From assembly GCA_951406725.2 (NCBI GenBank), contig OX597821.1, positions 92,256,001 through 92,320,000 of the forward strand: a stretch of DNA of 64,000 nucleotides, written 5' to 3'. A model generated the notes under the pieces. That model was not told where the DNA came from, made no database searches, and saw only the letters and a list, made by a program, of their open reading frames with translations. How positions within the stretch are numbered: position 1 is the first letter of the stretch; every line of letters starts with the position of its first letter. Shown piece after piece: positions 12,572 through 28,123 of this stretch. This stretch comes from Octopus vulgaris (taxonomy: Eukaryota). The translations under genes and the position numbers were made by a program.

Positions 12572-13639
12572 GGAATATATACACACACACAAGCATGCAC
12601 GGATGCACACATACACACTTGCATGTGTGCACGCACGCACACACACACACATTCATACACATCAATATATCAACTAGACATTGTTGATATCTCTTCCAGA
12701 ACAGTCAAGGTATAAGATAGTACGAGATCTTCGAAGTGAAACCAGATGTATAAGTGAGATAAATATATATTAGTCAACGTTCTGATAATGACATATTATG
12801 AACACAAAAATATGAATGAATTGTGTTTCATTATGCTTCTAAGACCAACTCATATATAATCTATATCTACATATATGTATGATGGTAGTGAGTTACAGAG
12901 TTGATAGTGTGTCATAAAGAATGTTTTCAGTTAGTTGTTTCAGCTCTCTAAGTTCAAATGCTGAGAAAGTCAACCTTCTTTTTTAATCCTTCTGAGGTTG
13001 ATAAATAATATACCAGTCAAAAATCGATGCTGATTTCTCTCTCCCTCTCGCACTCTCTGTAACTCTCTCCTCCACACACACACACACACACATATTGAAT
13101 CCAATCTACTGTTGTTTGAGAAAAGTTATGTGAGGCCACTATGGCATCTTTTCTCCAAAATTAGAGAAGGGTTTTTGAGTAAGAAGATTATGATCACTTT
13201 TCATTGAAAAACTGGAAATGTCCAACGAGAGATTGAACCAATAAGAGATTGGATCACACAAGAGAAATACAGAAGAAACCCACTCAGTCACACACCAGGA
13301 CACACACACACACACACACGGAATAGTGCTGCTGTTAATCAGACATTCTAATCCCAATCCAGAAAATGGTCCCCCAAACGATAATATAAAGTCATTCACA
13401 GGCATTTTCTAGTTACTTCCCCACAAGTGTACTTTGCTTTTACTACTGTTACTGTTGTAACCTCTGTTGGTGTTGACTTGCAAATAATTAAGAAAGACAT
13501 AAATAGCCTCAGTTCCTCTCGTCATGGAGAGAATTACCCTTTGTTCCAAACCCCACGAGTAGAAAAATGTAATAGTTATATGTATAAAAATGTAAGAACA
13601 TATAACCATACATATCCGATTTGCCTATTATTACATAAC

Positions 13640-13897
13640 ACGGTGGCACGTAAAAAGCACCATCCGTCCGTGGCCATTTGCCAGCTCCGTCTGGCACCTG
13701 TGCGGGTGGTACGTAAAAAGCACCCACTACACTCACGGAGTGGTTGGCGTTAGGAAGGGCATCCAGCCGTAGAAACACTGCCAGATCTGACTGGGCCTGG
13801 TGCAGCCTTCTGGCTTCACAGACCCCAGTTGAACCGTCCAACCCATGCTAGCATCGAAAGCAGACGCTAAACGATGATGATGATGATGATGATGATG
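13640..13897 (+). mobile_element. SINE-like family E with (ATG)n tail (RTE-type 3' end)
   Basis: GGAGTGGTTGGCGTTAGGAAGGGCATCCAG...AAACGATGATG; relatives at ~26610, 36080, 51630, 56543 and 57015. Confidence 0.75.
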
Positions 13898-14951
13898 CTT
13901 CATAATTTTGGTATACATACCTTATTAGTATTTCCCCCTAAGTTCTTTATACTCTCGGAACACATTAAAACCCTTTTCAGGTCTGCTTCGTTCAAATTGT
14001 TACCATCGGTTAACTAATTTGCATGTCAATTATTATATAACTGACTTCATGATTTGGATATTCATAACTTATTAGGATTTAGTAAAAAGAAGATCCTATG
14101 TAAGATGGTTTAGTATTCTCTGTAAATGCACAAAAACCGTTTTAAGGGCTACATACTTTGCATTGTTGCTATTGGATTAGTGAAACAATTATGAGAATGG
14201 GACCAGGGGATAAGCTCTACTTTTCTGGGAATTACCAGGTATGTCAGTGAATAATTATATATATAAAAATGTAAGAACGTATAACCATACAATTCTCTGT
14301 TTTTACGTTATGGCATCTACAAGAGAAGAGAGTTAGCAGAATCATTAGTACACCAGACGAAATGCTTAACATCATTTTTTCCAGCTCTAAACAGTCTGAG
14401 TTCAAATTTCATCAAAGTCAACTTCACCGTTGATCTTTTCAGAGTCAATAAAATAAATACCAATTAAGTACTGGGGTTAGATATAATCAACTTAATCCTT
14501 ATCCTAAAATGTCTAACCTTCTGCCAAAAATTTGAATTTTCTGCAGTACACACTCAATTGACACCTGCTTGTGAACATGCAAAGAAAACCTTATATTGAT
14601 AATCCTTTACCATTCCTCTCAATATTTACACACACACTTTAAATACTTATATGTATATGTGAATACATGTGAGATTATGGATATTCTGTAACATTACATT
14701 GATGGATTTTTGTGGTCATTATTTGCCCAGATTATAAATAAGTTAATACTTTCTACTGGAAGCACAAGGCCTCAAATTTAGGGGAAGTGATTTATTCATT
14801 TACATTGACTCCAGCGCATAACTGGTACTTATTTAATCAACCCCTGAAAGGATGAAATACCGCAAAGGATTTTGTCCAGCATGCTAATGATTCTGTCAGC
14901 TCACCACCTTTAGATCATATCTAAGTTAATAGTACCATCCGGAGTCATCTT

Positions 14952-15918
14952 TTAACCTTTTAGTATTCAACCATATGGTTAGGGCATTGAACAAAATGCT
15001 TAGCAGAATTTCTTCCAGCTCTTTCCATTCTCAGTTCAAACACCTTCCAGGTCAACTTTGCCTTTCATCTTTTCAGGCCTGATAAAATAAAGCTCCAGTC
15101 AAGTACTGGGATTGGTGATATCATCTAATCCCTTCATCTTGAAATTACTGGCCATGTGCCAAAATTTGCCAAGCTGGCAGAATCAGTAGAATGCCAGACA
15201 AAATGCTTAGCTACATTGTTTCTGGTTTTAAATTTAAAGTTCAAATTCCACCGAGACCAACTTTGCTTTTCATCCTTTCAGAATCAATAAAATAAGTACC
15301 AGTTGAACACTGGGGTTGATGTAATCTGTTTCTTTACTACCCACAAGGGGCTAAACACAGAGGGGACAAACAAGGACGGACAAACGGATTAACTCGATTA
15401 CATCGACCCCAGTGCGTAACTGTTACTTTATTTATCGACCCCGAAAAGATGAATGGCAAAGTCGACCTGGGCGGAATTTGAACTCAGAACGTAACGGCAG
15501 ACGAAATACAGCTACGCATTTCGCCCAGCATGCTAACGTTTCTGCCAGCTCGCCGTAATCAACTACTCAACTCCCTCAAAATTTCAGGCCTTGTGCCTAT
15601 TGTAGAAAGGACTTTTATTGTTATTATTATTTTTAAGGTGGTGAGCTAACAGAATCATTAGGACACTGGGCAAAATGCTTAGCAGTATTTTGTCCATCAT
15701 TATGTTCTGTGTTCAAATTCCAATCCAAATATTCTACTATTTTCTTGTGATTAAACTGGCCAGATGTAGCCGCTCACACCTACCCTACAATATAATTCTA
15801 AAATTTAACTGTTACCTCATTAAAATCTCAAAGCTACACAATAATGCATGGTTTATTAAATACATGTGAATAAATAAACATTACTTTTGACAGAATAATC
15901 TAAATGCTAAAGGATTAA
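14952..15918. mobile_element. Cluster of nested family B SINEs inside a degenerate TTAA-flanked MITE
   Basis: TTAACCTTTTAGTATTC ... TAAATGCTAAAGGATTAA termini; several family B segments in both orientations. Confidence 0.6.
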
Positions 15919-16980
15919 GTGTTACTTTAGGACTCTACAGCATGCTCAAGTAGAGAGTGGCTGTTTACTGATATATGTTTGGGTGTCAGTGGTTTCTTTG
16001 CTATCTACTGGAAGAATATTTTTGGGCTGTTTTCTCATATGACTATTCTTTGATTGAAGCAGGCCAAGTCAAGATAAAAAGAACCTGTGTTGCAATGTTG
16101 TAATGTGACTGAACTCAATTTTTATAGGTGAATATGTAACAGGGGGGCCTAACTTTGAATGACCAGTGAGCTTGATATGGGCATTGCTTGGACAGAGTAA
16201 ATGGGATATTTTCTGCCTTGTACAAATGATATGCTCTTCCTGGTAGCATTAGAGAAAAAGAGAGTTTGAAGTGATCTCAATAATCAAGATTTTCCAGAGC
16301 CCGTTTTCTAATAAGACCAATTTTTGTGAAATTCAGGTAATAATAGAGAGGAAAAGTTGCTTAATACATAGTCACATTTTCTCATTCTATATAATATAAT
16401 AGATTGGTTTCAAATTTTGATACAAGGACAGCAATTTCTAGGGAGGGGTTAACTCTGTGTTCCACTGGTACTTATTTTATGACCCCAAAAGGATAGAAGA
16501 TAAAGTCAACCTCTGCAACATTTGAACTCAGAACACAAAGAAGGACAAAATGTCTGGTACAGTAACAACTCAGCCAGCTTGCTGCCTTCATATAATATAG
16601 TATGATAAATACAATATCATACACATACACACAGGGGAGGCAGAGGCAGGGGAAACAGAGGCAGGGGAGGCATGGGGGGAAGAGGCGGGGAGGAATGGGG
16701 CGGCAGAGAGTGAGGTGGTGGGAGAGGGGAGGCAGAGGAGGAGGAGAAGAGGAGAAGAAGAAGAAGAAGTAGAAGAAATGGTATTGCTGCTGATGATGAT
16801 GATGTATATTAAACACATGAAATTTTTATGGAACTGCCAAATCCATCGTACTTATTCAAAGAACGGAGAACTGCCATGTTTGTAGCAGTTGTTGACTGTT
16901 TTATTATTGACATTGTTAAACCTGCTGTTGGCAACAATATTATTGAAAAAGGTATTTAAATGAAAAAAATATAGTAATAT

Positions 16981-18016
<1,036 letters not shown>

Positions 18017-18365
18017 ATTTTAGTCAGAGCTCTCAACATTGCAAAGAAGGATAACAAGAGTGATATCATTAAGAGAAACGGAGAACTCTATGTAATATTC
18101 CTAACAAAGTGTTTGGCTCTGAATTCCAACACATTCTCCCACATTTCTCAGTGTCCCTTCCCTGCCGGTATTCCTGTACTTTCTGTCACTCAGTATAACT
18201 CTCTTTCATTAAATATAATGAGAGAGGTAAATAATTAATTAAGCCAATTAAGAAATGTAATCAAATCGATATAATAATCATACATGTGAGTGTGTTTAGC
18301 CGTATTGTATATTTGCAATGACAATTGATTTAATTTACTATTACTTCTGCAGCTATAACAGGAAC

Positions 18366-18658
18366 TACCACCACCACCACCACCACCACTACCATCACCA
18401 TCACCATCATCATCATCATCATTATCATCATCATCATCAACATGATCATCATCATTACTGCCACCATCACAACTGTCATCATTATCGCTATCACCGCCAT
18501 GACTATCACACCCATCATCATCGTCGTCACCATCATCATCATCAGCAGCAGCAGTAGCAGTAGCAGCGTCTCCATCACCATCATCATTTGCATCATCATC
18601 ACTACCTCCTCCATCACCACTACCATCATCGTCACTAAACCACCACCACCACCACTAC

Positions 18659-18702
<44 letters not shown>

Positions 18703-18995
18703 ACATCAACATGATCATCTTCATCACTGCCACCATCATGACTGTCATCATTATCACTATCACCGCCATGACTATCACACCCATCATCATCGTCGTCACC
18801 ATCATCAGCAGCAGCAGCAGCAGTAGCAGTAGCAGCGTCACCATCACCATTATCATTTGCATCATCATCACTACCTCCTCCATCACCGCTACAATCATCA
18901 TCACTAAAGCACCACTACCACCACAACCATCGACATCATCAGCGTCATTGTCATCATTATCGTCATCATAATCATCACCATCGTCGTTATAGTCG

Positions 18996-19026
<31 letters not shown>
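18366..19026. repeat. (CAT/CAC)n microsatellite with ~270-bp internal duplication
   Basis: CAACATGATCATC...CCTCCTCCATCACC occurs twice. Confidence 0.85.
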
Positions 19027-19269
19027 TGGGTATAGTTGCTAAGGGACTGAGATTGGAAACATCTGAACCACTCGTACACTTGTGTGCAACTCATTCACTC
19101 TTCTCTATGCATTTTCTGCAACTTTATGTAGGTCTCTAAGCAGATATCACCATGACAACTTTCTCTGTCATGGTCAATGTGACAATCACACGCTACGCAC
19201 CTTCCTTCCAAGCACTGCTGTAAATAGCAGAAGCAAGCTAGAACGTTAAAACGTAGTGCACATGCACAG

Positions 19270-19550
19270 CAAAGTTCAAGGTCAGCCTTTGACAAGCAAC
19301 TTTACTCTGCCTGCTTTATCTTCGTTACTATGGCAACAGTCCGGATCAGACCTCGTATGTGGGTAGTGCACAATCATTGTCACCGTCAGCATTAACTTAT
19401 GTTGGAATAGTGAATCAGCAGGAAGTGGCTGAGCCTCTTCATCTTGATGGATGCAAAGGGTGCTAGTGCCTGAGGTGGCTATATAGAAGAGCCGGAGGGG
19501 GCGGATTTATCCCAGGGAAGGGATGGTGGGGGATGAGGTAATGTGAGTCA
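19270..19550. promoter_or_regulatory. Candidate promoter/enhancer with RFX X-box
   Basis: GTTACTATGGCAAC (19324-19337); TCAAGGTCA (19276-19284); CAGGAAGTG (~19419); TATATAGAA (19480); GGGGGCGG (19497); TGAGTCA (19544); all in sequence not repeated elsewhere in the window. Confidence 0.45.
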
Positions 19551-20023
19551 CTTTATCCATTTCTAATGTCTAATCTCTGCCTCTTGACTTCTTTTATTTT
19601 CCATCTGGTCTGTTCCCTTGATGACGACATGCTGTCACTTTGGGCAGTCCTTGGTGATTGGCACCCAGGTATTTGGGTAAATGGAGCAGTGGAGGAGAGT
19701 GGTCTTGGAATTTCAGAGATACACAGTAGTAATAAACAATATAAGTACACAAGAAATAGGATTCTTTCCAGTGCCCAGAAACTCATTGGATACAGTTGTC
19801 AGTTTATGGAGGCTTGGTGACCTAATTAGTATTGAAAGGGTTGCTGTTCTAAAATCACAGTTGCCAGAATGAGAATGGAGTTGTTTCTATCACAAAGTGA
19901 AGAACAGGTTGCGTTATAATTCAGTAAAAAGTGTGTTGCCATATGTTGGTTAAAAATGTGGATGTTGACTGAAGAACAGTTGCAAAAGGCACAAAAAATG
20001 CAAAGAACATGCTATGTTGCAGG

Positions 20024-20580
<557 letters not shown>

Positions 20581-20594
20581 ATAATAATAATAAT

Positions 20595-21671
20595 AGTCAA
20601 CAGATGGAAGTCAACAGGTTCTAAATCTGGTGAATAGGGAGGATGCAAAAGTGATACCATGGCGATTTTGGTTAGGTGCAGGAGTGTCTGTGTGGTTAAG
20701 TAGCTCACTTACAAACCACATGGTTCCTGATTCAGTCCCACTGTGTGGTACCTTGGGCAAGTGTCTTCTACTGTAGCCTCACGTCGACCAAAGCCTTGTG
20801 GGTGGATTTGGTAGACAGAAGCTGAAAGAAGCCCGCTATATATATGTATATATATATATGTGTGTGTATGTGTGTGTGTATGTTTGTGTGTCTGTGTTTG
20901 TTTCCCCAACATCGCTTGACAACTGATGCTGGTGTGTTTACATCCCTGTAACATTAGCGGTTCAGCAAAAGAGACCAATAGAATAAGTACTAGGATTATA
21001 AAGAATAAGTCCTGGGGTCGATTTGCTCGACTAAAGGTGGTGCTCCAGCATGGCCATTGTCAAATGACAGAAACAAGTAAAAGAGTAAAAGAGTACATTC
21101 ACAAGTGAGAAGTGCTTTGGTGACAGGGTGTATTGATGTCATAAAGGAGCCAATTCTTCATGCTCCACAGATCCGGTTGCTTTCGCCAAATGTCCACCCT
21201 CAAATGCTTCAAAACATCTCAGTAGAACTTTCGATTGACAGTCTGATCCTGGGGATGAATTCTCAATGCACAATACCACAGATGTTGAATAAAACAATGA
21301 GCGTGCTTTTGAGTTAGCTGCAGCTGTTGTGCTTTCTTCAGTCATGGAGCTGAAGGGTTCTTCCACTGTGATGCCTGCTGCTTCATCTCAGGGTCTTGCT
21401 CAATGTCTCTGCAGCAGACTTCCCAAGCTTAATGCAAAATTTCATGTTGGTTCTTTGTTCCAACTTCCCGTCCCTTACAAAATTGCAGATTACAGCATAC
21501 ACATGATTACAATAACACAAATTTCACAACTTGTGAAATAAATACTGTGATGTCACTCAGCATACTGCCTCATGAAGGTCACTGCTAGCTTTCAATATGC
21601 CTGCAGCTATGTGTTGCCATCTGTTGGTGCACTACAGAACTAGTCCAGGAACTTTTTGATACCACTGCGTA
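20595..21671 (-). mobile_element. Decayed mariner-like transposon interrupted by a family A SINE (20674-21093)
   Basis: Terminus (minus) TACGCAGTGGTATCAAAAAGTTCC; HPPYSPDL-like coding CATCCTCCCTATTCACCAGATTTA on the minus strand at ~20625-20646. Confidence 0.7.
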
Positions 21672-22109
21672 CATATACTTACATACATATCAACATAAGG
21701 TGCAGCCTCTCTTGGATTTGCGAGTGTTACATCACATCACACTTTGAAGGGTTATGCGTTTGCAATTCAAGAACAGGAGATTGCTAAGAAATATCTCATA
21801 AAAAAAAAGAACCAGTAAAACCCTTAGAGCTTCAGTAAAAATGCAGATTTTGTCATATTTCTGTGGAAGGCATCACACATGTGATTAGCAGCTGCCCCAA
21901 AATGTCATGAAGATATTACTTCCCTATGCAACTTGATGTTGACATTAAAACAATATACAGTACCATTCAGAAAAAGACTGTTCTGAAATAGATAAAGAGA
22001 ATCACCCTGTTATTAAATACATACACAAGAACAATGAAGATTCTTTTGCCTTGCAGTTCACAAAACAACCTCACTAATGTTGGTGTCGCAATAAATTGCC
22101 TCCACTGAG

Positions 22110-22444
22110 AGACCCCCTTCGGTCACGACACTGACCATGGGATTGCACCTAGAAAGTTACCCTCCTAGGCACAAGTCCGGGCAAGGTTGTTTATGGAAGA
22201 CCAGCAGTCGCCCATGCATACTTGCCTCCCCTCTCCACACCACCAGTGTTATCCAAGGGAAAGGCAATGGCCGATACAGCTTGACACTTGTGATGTCGCA
22301 AGTCATTTCAACAGCTGAGTGAACTGGAGCAACGTGAAATAAAGTGTCCTGCTCAAGAACACAACACGCAGCCCGGTCCGGGATTCGAGCTCACAACCTC
22401 ACGATTGTAAGCTCGACACTCTAACCACTGAGCCATGCACCTTC
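22110..22444 (-). mobile_element. SINE family C
   Basis: Minus head TGGCTCAGTGGTTAGAG...GAGCTCGAATCCC; similar to the copy at 9133. Confidence 0.8.
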
Positions 22445-22608
22445 ACTACACACTGTAAATTATTGTTATTAAGAAAACCAATCAGCTGAAGGAAAAATGA
22501 CAAAAACTGTGTGCAATCAAGCCATGGTTCTCCAACATACCTCAAAGTGTACCAACTTCAAGTAAGAAATTAACCCAATCATAACTACACACCTAAATCC
22601 AATCTGTA

Positions 22609-23385
22609 TCTCTATATATATAAAAGGAAAGTTGTCTGTCTGTGTGTCTGTCAGGTTGTACCCTCACCCTGACCACGGCTTTCAACCGATTCTGATGAAA
22701 CTTGACACACACATAGCCCAATGTCATAATTCAAAACTAATGCAGCGAAAATTTTGAAAAGTTACCCCAGTTCTGAAAAAAATCGATAAATTCGACATGG
22801 AGTCTAGAATCTAAGCTTATCATATGCAACACGTTTTCCGTTGTAGTTTTCGCAACATGCAATCGATTTTCATCAAACTCATGGTGAAGCTTAATGTTAC
22901 CCTAAGGAACTTAATTCTGTCGTTAGTTTTCCATGCAATACCTTACCATCAGAAAAAATCGATAAAATCATGCCATTTTGGGAAATCGTGTTCAAATTCA
23001 AGATGACATATTTTCGACAATATCTTTAACAAATTGGCAGGAATTTTTTTTGAAATTCACAGCGAGCATCATGTCTGCTCCAAGGAGCTATATGGCCCTT
23101 TTGATTCCAGCAGGATACGTTATTACTGGAAAAAAATCAGTTAATTACATCATATGTGGCACACATAGCAAACCGATCTTTCTGCGATATTTTTTGAAAG
23201 TTCACATAGATTTTCCCGACTTCTTCATGCATGCAAGGGAACGGTGCCTTAAATGCCTTAATGTCTTTTAGGCTTCATTTTACAAAATAACGGTTCAATG
23301 AGTACAAAAAAGGGTAAAAAGGTAAAGTGCATTGCTTATTGACAAAGTTTCTTACATACCGGGCAACGCCGGGCTATGCTGCTAG
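22609..23385 (+). mobile_element. Non-autonomous Helitron
   Basis: A|TCTCTATATATATAAAAG 5' end; 3' hairpin CCGGGCAACGCCGG (23359-23372) then CTAG|T; no TSD. Confidence 0.85.
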
Positions 23386-25588
23386 TATATATATATTGAT
23401 GGAAAATTTCCATCAAAACTTCTGTCAGGTGTAAATGTTAAAGGCTGGATGTTGTGGTTTGGGACAAACAAGAAAAAGAACACATTGTGATGGAGGTCAG
23501 CTACACAACATCAAGGAGAAAGAGAATAACTATGAACAACTGTTTCAAGACCTCCAGCTTCTATATCCTGATTATAATCTCATATTTACACCATTAATAA
23601 CTGGTGCATTTGGTTTTGTGAGTAAAACTCTAAGTGATAATTTGAGCAAGCAAGGATTTCCTGAAATAGAAATCAGCCAGCCACCTTACACATTGCAAGT
23701 GCAATCAAATAGGGGAATAGTAACAATATGCAAGACTTTTCTCAAGTTTAAAATGTGAATTTGGTTTTGTTATCTGCATTCCTTTGATGGAGAGCTTTCA
23801 ATCCTTTTAACTCCTTCCATGAGGCAGCATACACACATTCATACATACAAACATACATTCACAAGCATTCGTGAAGTAAAACAATGTAGCAACACCAAAT
23901 GGCGGTGCCCCAACATGGCCACAGCTCGTGAGCTGAAACTAGAATCAATCAATCAATCAATTCATACAAATGTACATGCATACATACATACATACATACA
24001 TACATACAAACATACAAAATACATATATACAAGTGTATAAAATCTATTCATGGAGAGAAGACCACTATGTTATCTTCTTACATGCTAAAAAGAGCAGTCA
24101 AAATCCCAAACCATGAATGAACAAGCTAGAGTAGCATCCACCCTTAAGAGTTAGCCACATTTAAGTGGCAAATATAATTCACGATCATCATCATCATTAT
24201 CATCATATATATATCAGGGTGGTGCTATAAATCAGGTGGTGCTATTAAGTTAGACATGGCCTGGACCACTCTTTGGTCGAAACATATTTAAGTTTATCTA
24301 AGTTTATATATATATATTCATCATCATCATCAGCATCATCGGAAAGCGGACGTTAAACGATGATGATGATGATGATGATGATGATGATATATATAGTGGG
24401 TTTCTTTTCGGTTTCCATTTATCAAATTCACTCACAAGGCTTTGGTCAGCCTGCAGTTATAGTTGGAAGCTTTCTGAACTCAGAACCATTTGGAAACAAA
24501 CCTCTTACCACACAGCCAATGTTTAGAATTGTTTTTCTTATTTTTCGTATTGATTAGACCTCACTTAGTTTGGCAGGATTTCTTAACATACATAAACCGT
24601 TGAATCTAAAGCTATTTTTATGGTCTTTAATGGCAATTAGGCTATTAAAAGTGTCTAGTCTTTCTGTTCTATCAACTATGTCTATGCTAAAAGCTATGCA
24701 TTTAGCATCAATATTTATGCCGTTGTAAGCCTGGTGCTTTCACTTTGAAGAATTGTCGGTAATGATGCTATTAAGAGATTGAATATAGAAGACTAGCTCT
24801 ACAGAACAACAATTAGGGTTTGCAAACACAGGTGAGTATAGGCTTGCATTTGAAGTAGAAAGTGTTCCTGTTCTGGATGTAATATACAATATTTGTCTGT
24901 GTATGTTATCTGACTCTATTATTTCATTCCATATATCTGGCAGATAATCTGTTGTGAGATGTATTTATGCCTTTTTTTTTACAAGTTGTTGATGTTATGC
25001 ATCCCCAAGTCAACCCTGATGAAGCAAACCTATGATCAAAAGCAGTTCAGCAGTGACCATCCAATTTATTTGTCAGGAATACATTATACAATGCGTAAGA
25101 TACTTGTGTGGGATTTGAGACAGATTTGATTGCTCTTTTTTTCTGCACGTCAATGACTGCATCAGTACTCCTTTGCTGCCTTTTTTTTCAAGAGTCAGTT
25201 AGTGCTTGAAAACTGTGTTAATTTTTATGACATTGCAATAAATTTGAAGGATGTCTGTAATGAGTGAGGGAGTGAGAGTGAGAGAGAGAAATAGAGAGGA
25301 GAAGAATATATGAGTGCAAAAAGAAAATGAGATAGCCGTAGTGAAAAGGAAAATGAAGGAAGAGAAACATAACTGACAGGTTGAAAAAAGTAAAGGCATA
25401 TATAATGTATGCATGTATGTATGTATGTATGTATGTATGTATGTATGTATGTATGTATGTATGTATGCATATTATATGGGTGTGTGTGTGTCTTGCACTG
25501 AATCTCTGTCTCTCCCCCCTCTCTCTCTGTATATATATATGTATATATATATATATATTTATATATATATGTATGTATATATATATAT

Positions 25589-25639
<51 letters not shown>

Positions 25640-26252
25640 CATACATACATACAGATAGACAGACAGACAGACAGACAGATAGATAGAGAGATAGATACAT
25701 AAAGAGAGAGCGAGAAAGAGAAAGGAGAAAGAGAGAGTGAGAAGTAGTGAGAAAGATGCATAAAAGCGTGGTATTTTAAGCCAAGCTAAAGTAATGGTTT
25801 AACATATTTATTTAGTTCTTCAGTGATGTGTTTCTAAAATTCAGTCCATTTAACTTTCCACCAGACTTACCTCACTCAGGAAAATTCAGGAAAATTGGAG
25901 GAAGTGAAGTTACTTTCAACTTATTTTAGTTTTCTTATTTATTTTTTAAATTTATTTATTTATTTCATTTTACTTTATATCACAACTGGTGAACAACGGT
26001 GTCATTGGTTACAGGTTTGCAGTGGACCAATGATTGGTTCACTGCATTTTTGATGGACAGAGTGACAAGGAAGTGTCTCTAAGTCATTGAGGAACAAATA
26101 TTGTTAGAGACTTCACTTAAAGGAGCACCGGTTTTTATTTTCTCTTGTGTTTACATCCTTTGCTGATGGGCACCAACAAAAACTACTCAGATGCTAACAT
26201 AGCAGTCCATGCATCTTGCTAACTATCTTTCTGTCTGTCTGTCTGTCTATCC

Positions 26253-26325
<73 letters not shown>

Positions 26326-27012
26326 GTTATCTATCTATTTATTTACCTATCTATCTATCTATCTATCCATGTGTGTGTGTTGCCTGTCAAAAGGGAAGAA
26401 AAGTACTCAATACCATTGTAGAGACTAGTAATATTTTTATTTTGGTATAGACAATTTCATCCTACTCTGGAGTTTCACCTGTGTACTTACAGGATCATCA
26501 GTCATAACTGCCTAATGAACCAGTAAATAGAGCTGAAACTCCAGAGCAGCAAGATTAGCAAGGGAACTGACTGAACCAATATAAAAGCCTTATATATCCT
26601 CCTCCTCCTCCTCATCATCATCATCATCATTTATCTTTTGCTATCCATGCTGGCATGGGTTAAACAGTTTGACCAGAGCTGGCAAGTTGGGGAGCTGCAC
26701 TAGACTCCAGTCTAATTTCGCATGGTTTCTATGGCTGGATGCCTTTCTTAATGCCAACCATTTTACAGAGTGCGCTGGGTTGTTCACGTGGCACCACACA
26801 GGTGCTTTTATGTAACACTGCACAGGCACTTTTAGGTGATTCCATATGGGCACTTTTAGCTGAAACGACATGGAGCACTTTTAAATGACACCACATGGAT
26901 GCTTTCACACAGCACTGCACAGGCACTTTTCATGTCACTGCACATGTACTTTTATGCAGCACTGCTATGAGTGCTTTACATCACCAGCAGAATCGGTCTT
27001 AACATTTTTTTT

Positions 27013-27388
27013 TTAGTTGTTTCAGTCACTTGACTGCGGCCATGCTGGAGCACCGCCTTTAGTCGAGCAAATCGACCCCAGGACTTATTCTTTGTAAGCC
27101 CAGTACTTATTCTCTCAGACTCTAAGTTACGGGGATGTAAACACACCAGCATCGGTTGTCAAGCAATGCTTGACAAACACAGACACACAAACATACACAC
27201 ACACACATATATATATACATATATACAACGGGCTTCTTTCAGTTTCCGTCTACCAAATCCACTCACAAGGCATTGGTCAGCCAGAGGCTATAGTAGAAGA
27301 CACTTGCCCAAGGTGCCATGCAGTGGGACTGAACCCAGAACCATGTGGTTGGTTAGCAAGCTACTTACCACACAGCCACTACTGCACC
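27013..27388 (-). mobile_element. SINE family A
   Basis: Similarity to other copies. Confidence 0.85.
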
Positions 27389-27674
27389 TATATATATATA
27401 GTAAAATGAAAAAATAAATGTGCCCTTTTAAAGCCTAGCCAGGCTCATGGGCTCGGTTTCCCAGTTTCTATGGTGTATATATTCCCCAGCTGGATGGGAC
27501 GTGAGTCCATCGTAGCATTACTCATTTTTGCCTGCTGAGTGGACTGGAGCAACGTGAAATGTAGTGTTTTGCTCAAGAACACAACGCGACGCCCGGTCCA
27601 GGAATCCAAACCACAATCATACAATCATGGTGCTGACACCCTAACCATTAAGCCACATGCTCCCCACCACACAC

Positions 27675-27763
<89 letters not shown>

Positions 27764-28031
27764 TATATATCATTAATTGAATATATTCTGTGAGAATATT
27801 ATATACTGAATTTAAAATGAGTGCTCTTTGTATATAAGTTTCACAATTATTAATAATATAAAATATTTAGACATTTAATACAAGTGATTATATATACTGT
27901 ACTTTGAAATATTAGCATGAAAATTAATATCGAAAAATTTTTCACTAAAGTATGTATCTTTAAAATAAAAGTGTATTAAAAATATACGTAAATATATGAA
28001 ATATGACGGTTTAACAGTTAGGTAATTAATG

Positions 28032-28123
28032 CATCTTACCATCGTTTCGCAAAAGTATTGTCATTATAATGGAATCCATTATTGATACACATTGATAGGC
28101 AATACTTCCGCTCATCAGAGATG
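28032..28123 (-). ncRNA. Type I hammerhead motif with long stem II
   Basis: Minus strand CATCT CTGATGA GCGGAAGTATTG..CAATACTTTTGC GAAAC GATG GTA AGATG. Confidence 0.8.

Larger units (their letters stand above)
21725..23757 (+). mobile_element. R4/Dong-like (RLE-type) LINE 3' fragment, interrupted by a SINE and a Helitron
   Basis: YAFAIQEQEI and the CCHC knuckle CRFCHISVEGITHVISSCP at ~21753-21900; R(L/P)DVVVWDKQEKEHIVMEVS and KENNY..L..PLITGAFG..LQ..ICKTFL at 23440-23757. Confidence 0.75.
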
